Virus record (IMG/VR): IMGVR_UViG_3300045391_004734
Span: 1-47,797 of that record
From: a virus
Strand: one strand, 5' to 3'
Length of the DNA stretch: 47,797 nt
The position numbers were made by a program, and so were the translations under genes. The notes beneath the pieces are model-generated. The model did not search any database. It was not told where the DNA came from and worked only from the letters and a program-made list of their open reading frames with translations. Positions 18,635 to 27,176 of the stretch are shown one piece after another. The first letter of the stretch is position 1; every line of letters starts with the position of its first letter.

Positions 18635-18897
18635 TTGCTCTTCCTCAAGATCGTAAAGACGTTGGTCCAAAATCTAAAGTTCTTAATCAGGCGCTTGGCC
18701 TTCGCCACTTCATCAATGACAAGTTTCTTTCCGCCTTTAGGATTGTCGGTCCACTCACACTCGTCTGCTAGTGGTGGGTAGCTTTGAGTATCAACTACTG
18801 CCATTCTAGTTGTATGGAAGAGATTCGCCGCGATTGCAGTGGCTTTGTCTTTTCCGTGAGTTTTTAAGAGGTTGTTGACGTAGGATTCTATGCGCAT
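18631..18897 (-). CDS. hypothetical protein (88 aa)
   Basis: strong RBS AAGGAG upstream of ATG 18897. Confidence 0.6.
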   Translation of the reverse strand: MRIESYVNNLLKTHGKDKATAIAANLFHTTRMAVVDTQSYPPLADECEWTDNPKGGKKLVIDEVAKAKRLIKNFRFWTNVFTILRKSK

Positions 18898-18908
18898 ACG
18901 TTCTCCTT

Positions 18909-19067
18909 TTATTTCCAGTTAGGGTCATAGTATTTTGAATTTTTCGCTTCAGTTTGATAAAGATATTCGTCACACTTAGGACACCAATACCAACCTCTTG
19001 TTCCGGCAACGTTAGCATCCCTGTGCTTGCAAACAAGGGCTCGTAAAAAATAATAAATACTCTTCAT
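18909..19067 (-). CDS. small Cys-containing protein (52 aa, below the track cutoff)
   Basis: TAATG coupling to 19067-19267; MKSIYYFLRALVCKH..WYWCPKCDEY..; stop lies just before the RBS of the next gene. Confidence 0.4.
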   Translation of the reverse strand: MKSIYYFLRALVCKHRDANVAGTRGWYWCPKCDEYLYQTEAKNSKYYDPNWK

Positions 19068-19267
19068 TATTTTATGGGCTTAGTTTTATAGTTATCACGA
19101 GCCCAGCCTGAGCCCTTGAGGATTGCGCTGGTCATTTTTGAAACGCGTTTTTCTAGATTTTCTTCGGTGGTTTTACATTGAGGACATTCGACTATCTCAT
19201 CAGATCTAATTTTAAAGAATTCAAAGTCTAAGTCACATTTTGGACAATGCAAGGGAATTATTGGCAT
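19067..19267 (-). CDS. zinc-ribbon protein (FmdB-like CxxC..CxxC)
   Basis: ATG 19267 preceded by AGGAAGGA; MPIIPLHCPKC..VECPQC. Confidence 0.6.
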   Translation of the reverse strand: MPIIPLHCPKCDLDFEFFKIRSDEIVECPQCKTTEENLEKRVSKMTSAILKGSGWARDNYKTKPIK

Positions 19268-19278
19268 GATTCCTTCCT

Positions 19279-19294
19279 GGTATATTAATATACT
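19279..19294. promoter_or_regulatory. palindrome GGTATATTAATATACT (perfect 14-mer core)
   Basis: read directly; 12 nt upstream of ATG 19267 on the - strand. Confidence 0.6.
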
Positions 19295-19473
19295 TTTCAA
19301 GTTAATTGTGGCTTTCGCTCCGAGCCAGTCGCGATGCTGGCCATGTATTTACTGAGGTTCAACATTGTTGATGTGATTACCCTCGCATTCGATACTGAGT
19401 ATTGTCTTTCTCTGTGTGTCTCCAAAGACTTTTCATCTTAGCTTGCACACCTTCGAAGTTACTCACCACAATT

Positions 19474-19506
19474 GTTTACAATTCAAATTTTCTTAAGTTT
19501 ACAATT
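19474..19506. repeat. two direct copies of GTTTACAATT (19474-19483, 19497-19506) at the 3' end of the small recombinase gene
   Basis: read directly; the first copy is embedded in the palindrome ACAATTGT. Confidence 0.6.
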
Positions 19507-20215
19507 AAGCTAAACTGGCTTTAACAAAAGCACGAAGTTCTTCGTTCTTCTTAGGCTGAGCGTAGCGAATCGCAGTTTCAATACTGTTCCAACCAGCTAC
19601 CTTACAAAGATCGTGGAGTTGAATTCCACGTTCAATAAGACGTGTAATGAAGAGCTTTCTTAAGTCATGAGGAACAAGTCCTACCTTCTTAAGAGCTTTG
19701 TAGAGTTCCATATAAGGCGCTGGATCAGCGGGTACACTTGTCAAAAGTGGTCTTAGCTTTGACCCCTTACCTTTGATATAACCATCTTTCACATTATCTA
19801 GTTCATGGGCTCTTAACCCGCCCGTTAGTAGCGACATCGCTGACTCCCGGACACGAGCGGGAAGAGTCTTTACAAGTTCTTCAGCCTCGTTATAAGTAAC
19901 GCTGACTTCCTTATTCCGATAAGCGTTTTTAAAAAGATTCCTATTTTCTTCAATCCAGACTCTATATGGATTTTCAATAACGACTGACGTTCTAACCAAA
20001 AAATTCATTAGAGTATTAATGCGAATGAATAATGTCTGAAGGGAGTATGGTTTATATTCCTTAGAGAGCTCTTCGTACAAGCCTTGTGGGTCATCTAAGT
20101 TCTTTCCAACAAGAGGTTTCAAACGATAGCGCTCTGAACGTATTGTTGAGTGACTCCATGAATTAACTTTTGAAGCAATATATTTATCGAGGACTGCTTG
20201 TGTTAGTATTAACAT
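19505..20215 (-). CDS. small tyrosine recombinase (Xer/Cre-like, 236 aa)
   Basis: GGAGG RBS; catalytic pattern LRAHEL .. HDLRKLF .. GWNSIETAIRYAQ. Confidence 0.75.
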   Translation of the reverse strand: MLILTQAVLDKYIASKVNSWSHSTIRSERYRLKPLVGKNLDDPQGLYEELSKEYKPYSLQTLFIRINTLMNFLVRTSVVIENPYRVWIEENRNLFKNAYRNKEVSVTYNEAEELVKTLPARVRESAMSLLTGGLRAHELDNVKDGYIKGKGSKLRPLLTSVPADPAPYMELYKALKKVGLVPHDLRKLFITRLIERGIQLHDLCKVAGWNSIETAIRYAQPKKNEELRAFVKASLA

Positions 20216-20558
20216 TCTGACCTCCAGGTTTAGCGGCGTTGATGAGACTAGTTAAAAATGAATGCAAGTTTTGTACTGTTTGAGAGCTAGCCACAACTGA
20301 TTCCTTAATCTTATTTAAGTCCTCGGTGTGATCTACAACCTTCACTTCTGGTTGTCTCGAAGAGAGATAATCTTTTGATGTAACCGCGTTCGTAACATTG
20401 AAAAGACCTAGTATTGAAACCATCATCATCGCAAATTCTGTCGTTACACCTTTATCTGAATGTAATTGCACGTAGGTAGCAATGGCTATAATTCCTATGG
20501 CTAATAGGAACTTTCTACCTCCAAGAACTCTAATTAAATCACTTATAAATCCTAGCAT
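20184..20558 (-). CDS. membrane protein (two TM segments)
   Basis: FLLAIGIIAIATYV and AMMMVSILGLFNV hydrophobic stretches. Confidence 0.55.
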   Translation of the reverse strand: MLGFISDLIRVLGGRKFLLAIGIIAIATYVQLHSDKGVTTEFAMMMVSILGLFNVTNAVTSKDYLSSRQPEVKVVDHTEDLNKIKESVVASSQTVQNLHSFLTSLINAAKPGGQNVNTNTSSPR

Positions 20559-20589
20559 ATTATTATACCTTTTTCAACTTTCATTGAAA

Positions 20590-20916
20590 TTATTTTTTAT
20601 CCTCAATATGTTCTATCACATTGTAAATCTTATCAAATTTATGTTTTGGGGGGACAACATACCTTAAGAATAGATCAAAATCTTTCTTCTCTGGATGCCA
20701 AAACTTCCTATCTTCATTATTAATATTTGCACAGTAAAGACAGCTCTCCAAGACTTCCTTATCTAAGGAGATCTGCTTTTTATTAAGTTCGCTAAAAAGA
20801 TCATCCCTGGTCCTATTAGCATCATTATCGCCATCCTCGCACGAAAGCAAATTATGCAAGAGCACTAGAGCCTGATAGAGGCTGATTGAGTAATGCCTGT
20901 GTGCTAAGGAAGACAT
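20590..20916 (-). CDS. hypothetical protein (108 aa)
   Basis: ATG directly preceded by GGATAATAATATACC (degenerate palindrome). Confidence 0.55.
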   Translation of the reverse strand: MSSLAHRHYSISLYQALVLLHNLLSCEDGDNDANRTRDDLFSELNKKQISLDKEVLESCLYCANINNEDRKFWHPEKKDFDLFLRYVVPPKHKFDKIYNVIEHIEDKK

Positions 20917-20925
20917 GGTATATTA

Positions 20926-21276
20926 TTATCCTTCGTTAGCTAATCGTTTAGCTTGCGTAGCTGCCGGGCTAGTAGTGCTACTCGTTTTTGCTTTAAACGT
21001 ACCGTTTGAGTAGTTCTTATTTCCGCCGTTCCCAGCGAATGGGCTGGATTGTGTCTCACGAAGCATTAGGAAAGCACTTGGGAAAGTATTGCCACTAGTT
21101 TGATTTACGCGTTCTTCTACGCGAATATCAATTACAGCTTCCTTGCTTGCAGCAGCTAGCTCATTTAGGTGAGCAGCAAATTTAGCGACCATATCACTGG
21201 CCAATTTTAGATAGAGCTTATCTCTACCCTTGTCATCTTTGCCTTCGTTTGTACGAGCGACAGAGATTGTTGTCAT
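20926..21276 (-). CDS. hypothetical protein (116 aa from ATG 21276; the track ORF extends to 21321)
   Basis: ATG 21276 preceded by AAGGTAAG; Ser/Thr/Asn-rich C-terminus. Confidence 0.5.
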   Translation of the reverse strand: MTTISVARTNEGKDDKGRDKLYLKLASDMVAKFAAHLNELAAASKEAVIDIRVEERVNQTSGNTFPSAFLMLRETQSSPFAGNGGNKNYSNGTFKAKTSSTTSPAATQAKRLANEG

Positions 21277-21292
21277 CTTACCTTGGTTTTGG

Positions 21293-21499
21293 TTAGACAC
21301 TTTGTTTCTCCTTTGAAACATTGGTTAATAAAGCGCGAATTTGTTCGCGAGTCTCAATTACTGGTATTACTTTTTCTGAGCCTGTAGTCTGAACGTAGGC
21401 CCCTGTTCCTTCAATCTTTGAGGCCAAGATGTAAGTTATCTGGTCGGGATTAAAATCTACTTCTCGTTTGTCGATTGAGGTCAACGTTATCAAGTTCAT
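21293..21499 (-). CDS. hypothetical protein (68 aa)
   Basis: ATGA coupling with the upstream gene. Confidence 0.5.
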   Translation of the reverse strand: MNLITLTSIDKREVDFNPDQITYILASKIEGTGAYVQTTGSEKVIPVIETREQIRALLTNVSKEKQSV

Positions 21500-21909
21500 A
21501 AGTGCTCCTGTAGAGTGTTTTGAAGATTTAAAAGGAGGCCTTGAAGCTTGTTACATTTCTCTATGTAAGGAACGAGTTGTGGTCGTAGTTCTTCATTCAC
21601 AGATATGCGCCTCCAGTACTCTGGAATTGTTATCTGAACTAAATTCGTAAGCATTTCTTTAACAAGTATTGAAAGCACCTTCACTTCCTTACGAGCAAGA
21701 TTTGGTTCGTATTTTCCCATCACAATGTCCTTCTCTGTTAGCTTTTCAGTCTTCACTTTTATTCGTCGACAGGTTTGAATATCAGCTTGTCGTCTATGGG
21801 GGACTTTCTTGTTTTTCGATTTTTCCCAGATTTCATAACTTGAAACTTCATTGTTCATGGCGTTCTTTACCCACATAAACTCTTCAATCCTCATTCTAAC
21901 TTTCTTCAA
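21496..21909 (-). CDS. hypothetical protein (137 aa; TTG 21909 or ATG 21894)
   Basis: TTGA coupling with the nuclease gene stop. Confidence 0.5.
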   Translation of the reverse strand: MKKVRMRIEEFMWVKNAMNNEVSSYEIWEKSKNKKVPHRRQADIQTCRRIKVKTEKLTEKDIVMGKYEPNLARKEVKVLSILVKEMLTNLVQITIPEYWRRISVNEELRPQLVPYIEKCNKLQGLLLNLQNTLQEHL

Positions 21910-23054
21910 TCTTTTGATCTCCGTAACACAATTCTAGGTCCATTCTTCGGACCTCCTGTTTTTAAATGTTGTATTTGGTAGACATGATCTTTATCCACTC
22001 TGATCTTATTAACCTTGTGGGATAATAATATACTAACAATTTCTTGTTCGAGTGTCAAAAGCACTGGTGACTGGGCCTCAAGGTCTATGTACTCTTTGAA
22101 AAGTTCAGCTACGGCTGGAACCTTTTCTAGGTCAGTAGGCCACTTCTTTTTAGGAAAAGTCTTGAAGTATTCTTTTAAGGCTTCAACGTCTTGTCCCCAG
22201 CACTCTTTAGAGAAGTTACAGAAAGCACATTTGATGGAGCCAAGAGCAAAGTCTCGCGGAGCTTCAAGTGGATTTCTTTTTTCGTTGATGTATTGGGCCA
22301 CGAGAAGAAACTTCGCTTTCACGCGCTCGTAGACAGCCTTACTTGGTTTAAAGCGAATCTCTCTCATACGTGAGTCGTTTTTTCCATAATAAATGAGAGC
22401 AGCATGATCAACACCCGCTCCTTGAAGGAAGTCACCTTCGTCAAAGAAGTACATGTTTAACTGGTAGAAATTCATTGCCCAAAAAGGATCATTTAAATCG
22501 TTCAAGAACGCCTCAAGGTCATCGACGTAGTAACTGTCAACGCCGAACTCCACTACATGAGGATTAGTTTTTAGAGAGTAAGTTACCTCATCCCAATGTG
22601 TCTTATGGCTAATCGAGAACTTATCCTTCTTACTCTTCACGTCGATTAAACACTTAAACTTTGGAGACACAATCACTGCGTCAATACTTCCTTCGACATA
22701 AGTGCCGTCAGGGAGCTTGAAGAAGCGAACAACTTGTTGCTTGTAACGGAACTTAATGTCTGTGTCTTTAAAGGCGTCTTCGAACTGACGCAAAACGTGC
22801 CACTCAACTGAGTGACCAAGGTTTAGAAGACGTTGGGTCTCTGGTGACTTGTTTTCTTTTTCGTATTCAGCATTACCTAAGAACTCATTCTGAGCAAAGG
22901 CTAAAGCGCGAGTACATTCACCGGCACTAGATGGTCTAAGAGGAGCAAACTTTTTCTTTGGGTCTGTCTTCTCTTTTTCCATGTTGAGTTTAGTGTGGTG
23001 ATCAAGAAGCTCCACGTATCCTACTTGAGGTCCTAGTACTTTTACTTCTTCCAT
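21906..23054 (-). CDS. PD-(D/E)XK nuclease, Cas4/RecB-like with Fe-S cysteines
   Basis: GSIDAV .. LIDVKSK .. YQLNMY motifs; one N-terminal Cys (AGEC) plus CAFCNFSKEC. Confidence 0.65.
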   Translation of the reverse strand: MEEVKVLGPQVGYVELLDHHTKLNMEKEKTDPKKKFAPLRPSSAGECTRALAFAQNEFLGNAEYEKENKSPETQRLLNLGHSVEWHVLRQFEDAFKDTDIKFRYKQQVVRFFKLPDGTYVEGSIDAVIVSPKFKCLIDVKSKKDKFSISHKTHWDEVTYSLKTNPHVVEFGVDSYYVDDLEAFLNDLNDPFWAMNFYQLNMYFFDEGDFLQGAGVDHAALIYYGKNDSRMREIRFKPSKAVYERVKAKFLLVAQYINEKRNPLEAPRDFALGSIKCAFCNFSKECWGQDVEALKEYFKTFPKKKWPTDLEKVPAVAELFKEYIDLEAQSPVLLTLEQEIVSILLSHKVNKIRVDKDHVYQIQHLKTGGPKNGPRIVLRRSKD

Positions 23055-25030
23055 TCATTCCCCATTACTCCGCCAGATACAGTTAGCGGGATATCTCCAA
23101 AGTCGGTTTTTAATATTTTTCGTGTCATGTGTTTCTTTAAAATCTGTGCGGCTTGTTCTGCTACGTCTTCTGCTACCTCTACTAGAACAAAATCATGAAT
23201 AAGCATTATGACGTTCGCGTCTAAATCCAAGGTGTCGTATTCTTGTTGTGCGAGGTACGCGCCGTTTAGACAAAGATCTGATGCTGAACTTTGAATGAGT
23301 TTGTTAAAACCCTTCATGTAAGCGTCACTTGGATCTTCAATAGAGATTGGACGTCCTAAGACGTTTTGGATGACTTCGCCTTTTTCAAACGCTTTCGTGA
23401 TTTCCCTGTGGAACCGTACCGCGTCTTCGAAGTACTCTTTAAAGTTTTCGTGTTTATGGCTCGCCTCAGCGTCAGAAATAGAAAATCCTGCACTCGTAAG
23501 AGCTGCTTTAATTCGGTTTCGTCCTGCACCGTAAAACAACGCAAACCCGACAGTTTTCGCAGCCTGTCGCTGACTAGGAAAAAGTCTTTTAACATCTTTG
23601 ATATCTGCTTCGAGTGCAAAGAAGTTTTTGGCGTTGTAGTCATGGATCGAATATCCTTTCGAGATAATATCAAACAAGTTTAAGTCGTTGGCGTAAGCCG
23701 CAATCAGTTTTGCCTCGATGGCTTCCATGTCGAAGCCAACAAACACGTTCCCTTTTCTCGGCTTGAACATACAGTATAAGTCACTCGGGATTTGTTGCAG
23801 ATTAGGGTCTGAGCAGCTTAAACGGCCTGTACGCGTACCAGACAAATGAAAGCTAGGGTGTATAACCCCTTTCATCGCCAAGGCCTCATAAGAGGGGATA
23901 AACGCTCCTAAAAGCTTTTGCACTCCCCTCCACTTAAGAAAGAGTTTCATATCCTCTCTTCCAGTGGCTGCAAGCTTTTCTAGAACCTCGACACCAGTGC
24001 TTTCTTCTTCTTTAAAGTTAAGAACTGGAAGTTGGAGATAGTCTTTTAAAAGCCAGAGCATTTGCTTAGGCGATTCATAGTTAAGACGCTTTTCAATCTT
24101 CTGAAGTGCCTTCTTATAAAGTTCATTATAACGATGTTCTATCTTTCGAAGCTTTTCTGAGTCCAAATTTTTAGTCTTTGAAATCTTTTGAAGAGCCATT
24201 TCGCGATACTGCTCACTAAGCTCTCGTTCTTGAATCTGATAATATTTTGAATGAGCTTTATCCCAGAGTTGATCAAGTTGATATCTAAGTTCTTGCTCTT
24301 CAAGTTCCAAGTGTTGCTTTAGATCGGTGATTTTGTCTTCGTTAAGTGCGACACCTGTGAGCTCCACGTTAAGAAGAAACTTCGCCCATGGTTGTATGTA
24401 GTCGGTGTAAAACTTCATTTCATTTTTTTCATCTAGCAGCATTATAAAGAGCTCAGTTAACCGCCAAGTGTACTCACAATCCTTCAACACATATTCATCT
24501 GAGTCATGATTAGTAGGGTCCTCCCAAAATGGATCTACTCCCAGGAGGTAAGGAGCTAGAACCTTTAACGACAAGCCTCTTGCTTTTCGATGGGAGAACC
24601 CCACTGGTAATTTGTTATTTTCTATTACGCGGAGTTCTTCATACTTCTGAATATACTCCTCAGTTACTTTCGTAGTGGATGTGTGGGCCATCAGTTGGGA
24701 ATCATATACCCAGCCAATAGATTTAATATCAAAGCCTGCGAAGTGAAGATGTTTTAAATCGAACGTTAGGTTATATCCGGTGTAGCGAACCTTCGGCCAC
24801 TTTCGCACAAAGGCTGTAAGTTCTTCTATCATCTTCGGACCACGAATTACATTTGAGTACTGGTAACCACCAACATAACCCCATAAGCCAATACAACTTA
24901 TTTTTGCTGTCTTGGGATGTAACGCGTGACCTGCTTCATAACACTTCGAGCCTTTTGGGCACTCCGGAATCTTACATTCCGTCTCTATGTCAATCGCGAT
25001 CAGCGTCTTTAAATCCGGCTTTTCCGACAT
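23042..25030 (-). CDS. family A DNA polymerase with 3'-5' exonuclease domain
   Basis: Exo I IAIDIETE, Exo II GYNLTFDLKHL, motif A VGFDMEAIEAKL, motif B RQAAKTVGFALFYG, motif C LIHDFVLVEV. Confidence 0.9.
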   Translation of the reverse strand: MSEKPDLKTLIAIDIETECKIPECPKGSKCYEAGHALHPKTAKISCIGLWGYVGGYQYSNVIRGPKMIEELTAFVRKWPKVRYTGYNLTFDLKHLHFAGFDIKSIGWVYDSQLMAHTSTTKVTEEYIQKYEELRVIENNKLPVGFSHRKARGLSLKVLAPYLLGVDPFWEDPTNHDSDEYVLKDCEYTWRLTELFIMLLDEKNEMKFYTDYIQPWAKFLLNVELTGVALNEDKITDLKQHLELEEQELRYQLDQLWDKAHSKYYQIQERELSEQYREMALQKISKTKNLDSEKLRKIEHRYNELYKKALQKIEKRLNYESPKQMLWLLKDYLQLPVLNFKEEESTGVEVLEKLAATGREDMKLFLKWRGVQKLLGAFIPSYEALAMKGVIHPSFHLSGTRTGRLSCSDPNLQQIPSDLYCMFKPRKGNVFVGFDMEAIEAKLIAAYANDLNLFDIISKGYSIHDYNAKNFFALEADIKDVKRLFPSQRQAAKTVGFALFYGAGRNRIKAALTSAGFSISDAEASHKHENFKEYFEDAVRFHREITKAFEKGEVIQNVLGRPISIEDPSDAYMKGFNKLIQSSASDLCLNGAYLAQQEYDTLDLDANVIMLIHDFVLVEVAEDVAEQAAQILKKHMTRKILKTDFGDIPLTVSGGVMGNEWKK

Positions 25031-25406
25031 TCTCTAACCTATTCTTTACAAATTCCCATTCATATTTTTTAAGAACAAAAACACGGCCGCTCTCAACTTC
25101 AATTCGTGCGTTGTCGTACTCTTTATCAAGTACAAACAAAATTCTATTCCCTCTGACTAACGTGAAATCTCCGATTGGTCTTACAACTCCCCCAGGAAAC
25201 TCTTCCATCCCAGGCATCTTGAAAGCTTCTTTAACCATCGCTGAAGTAACTATTCTTGTGTCCTCCAAGAACATAGTTTTACAAGCTTCCCAGAGATTAT
25301 CTTTGCCACTGATTCTTTTACTTATAGGGAGTACAAAGTATTTTAATATACCTCGAAACGCTGCTGACTTCGTGCCAGGGTTTCTAATTGAGTTAGGCTT
25401 CTTCAT
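24990..25406 (-). CDS. hypothetical protein (138 aa from ATG 25406)
   Basis: continuous ORF; overlaps the polymerase start by 41 nt. Confidence 0.5.
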   Translation of the reverse strand: MKKPNSIRNPGTKSAAFRGILKYFVLPISKRISGKDNLWEACKTMFLEDTRIVTSAMVKEAFKMPGMEEFPGGVVRPIGDFTLVRGNRILFVLDKEYDNARIEVESGRVFVLKKYEWEFVKNRLENVGKAGFKDADRD

Positions 25407-25728
25407 CAATTTCTACTTCAAGCTGTTGTTGAATGTAGTTTCCACACAAGAATCCATATAACCAGCCCTTCCCTAAATCAGTTTCCATCAAATGATCCCG
25501 TAGCTCCTCGTCAATACACTCCTCTAAGTAGACAGTTACAAAACGCGGATCTTCTAAATCTTCTGGTAATCCCATCGGTAATGGGAAAACGGCTTTCGTG
25601 AATTTATCAATTAAAAGCCCTCCTACTTCAGCTTGAAGTCCCTCGGGGAACTCAATCACGCCTGGCGTTGGTTTTTTAAAAAGGATTTTACTTCCTACTT
25701 TGGGCATAAATTTCCATGAAGGTTTCAA
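25393..25728 (-). CDS. hypothetical protein (start TTG 25728 or ATG 25707)
   Basis: continuous ORF in the operon. Confidence 0.45.
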   Translation of the reverse strand: MKPSWKFMPKVGSKILFKKPTPGVIEFPEGLQAEVGGLLIDKFTKAVFPLPMGLPEDLEDPRFVTVYLEECIDEELRDHLMETDLGKGWLYGFLCGNYIQQQLEVEIDEEA

Positions 25729-26035
25729 AGGGTAGAGATACTTGTAGTTCTTCGTTATTTTTTCTAAATACTACCATTGGTATCTGCGTTGGATTCGCAA
25801 CGTGAGTCCGAGCTTGATGAATTGCATTCCAAATATTGAGTTTCTCAACGTTCTTGCACTCAATTGCAAAATTAAATATTGCTCTCGCTCGTGAAGACAA
25901 AAGAATGTCTTCTCCTGTGGAACCAGAGCTGGTAACTCGAACATCCTCCGGCGGAAGATGAAGTTCACTTGCAATAATCATTGCAGCTTCTTGAGCACAT
26001 CTTCGTCCCTTCGCTTTTCGACTACTTGTTCTCAT
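25688..26035 (-). CDS. PD-(D/E)XK Holliday-junction-resolvase-like nuclease
   Basis: AAGGAG RBS; KGRRCAQE .. GEDILL .. FAIECKN pattern (D .. ExK). Confidence 0.55.
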   Translation of the reverse strand: MRTSSRKAKGRRCAQEAAMIIASELHLPPEDVRVTSSGSTGEDILLSSRARAIFNFAIECKNVEKLNIWNAIHQARTHVANPTQIPMVVFRKNNEELQVSLPFETFMEIYAQSRK

Positions 26036-26050
26036 GCAGGTCTCCTTGTT

Positions 26051-26326
26051 TCACTTGCTCACCGCGATGCCTGTTAATAACCCTACTCCAAAAAGAAAAT
26101 AAGGGTTTGTGTACCAAGCTTGTGACTGCTCTAATTGTTTCTGCATATTTGCATTATCTTTTTTATAAAGCTCGACTAGTGTTTCATAGTCTTTCATCTT
26201 GTCTTCTTGGCCTTGGATAATTTGTGAATCTAACGAAATAATCTCTGCACATTTCTTTAGATCGATTTCACAACTACTCTTGCTTATCTGTGGAACTAGG
26301 CTTATTGAGATCACGAAGCTTAGCAT
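26051..26326 (-). CDS. spanin-like protein (N-terminal hydrophobic signal, coiled middle, C-terminal TM)
   Basis: MLSFVISISLVPQISKSSC .. YFLFGVGLLTGIAVSK; overlaps the 3' end of the upstream gene in another frame. Confidence 0.45.
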   Translation of the reverse strand: MLSFVISISLVPQISKSSCEIDLKKCAEIISLDSQIIQGQEDKMKDYETLVELYKKDNANMQKQLEQSQAWYTNPYFLFGVGLLTGIAVSK

Positions 26327-26504
26327 CGCGAATTTCTTTCCAGCGTGTAAGATCACCTGACTCCTCCTTAATTTTGGCGGTAATAGATTCTATCTCTTTA
26401 TTGAACTGAGCATTCTGTGCTTTCAGCACTTGATTTTTTAAATGACGTATATAAATATACCCAGTAGCCAGAAAAGCTATTATTGCTACATATACTAAGC
26501 TCAT
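26274..26504 (-). CDS. i-spanin-like protein (N-terminal TM + coiled coil)
   Basis: MSLVYVAIIAFLATGYIYI then charged helical region; ATGA coupling to the endolysin. Confidence 0.5.
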   Translation of the reverse strand: MSLVYVAIIAFLATGYIYIRHLKNQVLKAQNAQFNKEIESITAKIKEESGDLTRWKEIRDAKLRDLNKPSSTDKQE

Positions 26505-26905
26505 ATAACCCCATATTTTTTTAAGTTATCTTTTGAAAGAGCCAGGTAAGAATTAACCCCATTCCTAGGATCTCTAAATCCAAACCACCGAGCAGGAGAA
26601 CTATTCCTAATATCAACATGTATGCCTCCATATGTAACCCCACTAATTTGCCAATCTGAATAAACACCGATACCTATAAACGGAAATCTCTCAGCGGCTA
26701 AATAGAAATCAAGAGTCGAAATTCCAGGACACATCAAATCGACAGCCAGGCCTGCTCCGTGCTGGCCTTTGTCTCCTTGGCGAAATCCTGAAGTTATAAT
26801 TATTTTTTGATTTAGAAAGGCAGCTAAGTCTTCCACGAGTGTAATCAATTTTTGATCCACACCTTGAATCTCAGCATTACCACTAATTGTTATTAGCTTG
26901 TTCAT
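26501..26905 (-). CDS. endolysin, M15-type zinc peptidase
   Basis: ITSGFRQGDKGQHGAGLAVDL .. GGIHVD (H..D .. H.D metal-binding pattern); flanked by holin and spanin candidates. Confidence 0.7.
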   Translation of the reverse strand: MNKLITISGNAEIQGVDQKLITLVEDLAAFLNQKIIITSGFRQGDKGQHGAGLAVDLMCPGISTLDFYLAAERFPFIGIGVYSDWQISGVTYGGIHVDIRNSSPARWFGFRDPRNGVNSYLALSKDNLKKYGVI

Positions 26906-27122
26906 TCGGCTTATCCAAGGTAGACATAACAGCATCTAACAAAGCCTTTTGACGTTCCTTGTATTCTATATATTGAGCTAATCCACCGAAGGTATTAACT
27001 CCATATAATCCCAAGACACCAATAAGAACTGCTGTCTGAGAGCCTGTAAAGGCAAAGCTAATAAAACCAACATGCGTAGCAAGATAAGATAAGATCGCTA
27101 AGCCGTTAAACAAATCCTTCAT
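26883..27122 (-). CDS. holin candidate (79 aa, 2-3 TM)
   Basis: AGGAG RBS; LAILSYLATHVGFISFAF and AVLIGVLGLYGV segments; first gene of the lysis cassette. Confidence 0.6.
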   Translation of the reverse strand: MKDLFNGLAILSYLATHVGFISFAFTGSQTAVLIGVLGLYGVNTFGGLAQYIEYKERQKALLDAVMSTLDKPNEQANNN

Positions 27123-27140
27123 ACGTACTCCTTACTATCT

Positions 27141-27156
27141 GGTATATTAATATACT
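27141..27156. promoter_or_regulatory. palindrome GGTATATTAATATACT (perfect 14-mer core)
   Basis: read directly; 19 nt upstream of holin ATG 27122. Confidence 0.6.
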
Positions 27157-27176
27157 ACCAGAGAAGATAAAGAGTA

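Noticed and set aside
24853-25461. 202-aa + strand ORF
   Set aside because: It is antisense to the DNA polymerase start and to 24990-25406, has low-complexity Ser/Leu-rich composition and no RBS, so it is a shadow ORF.
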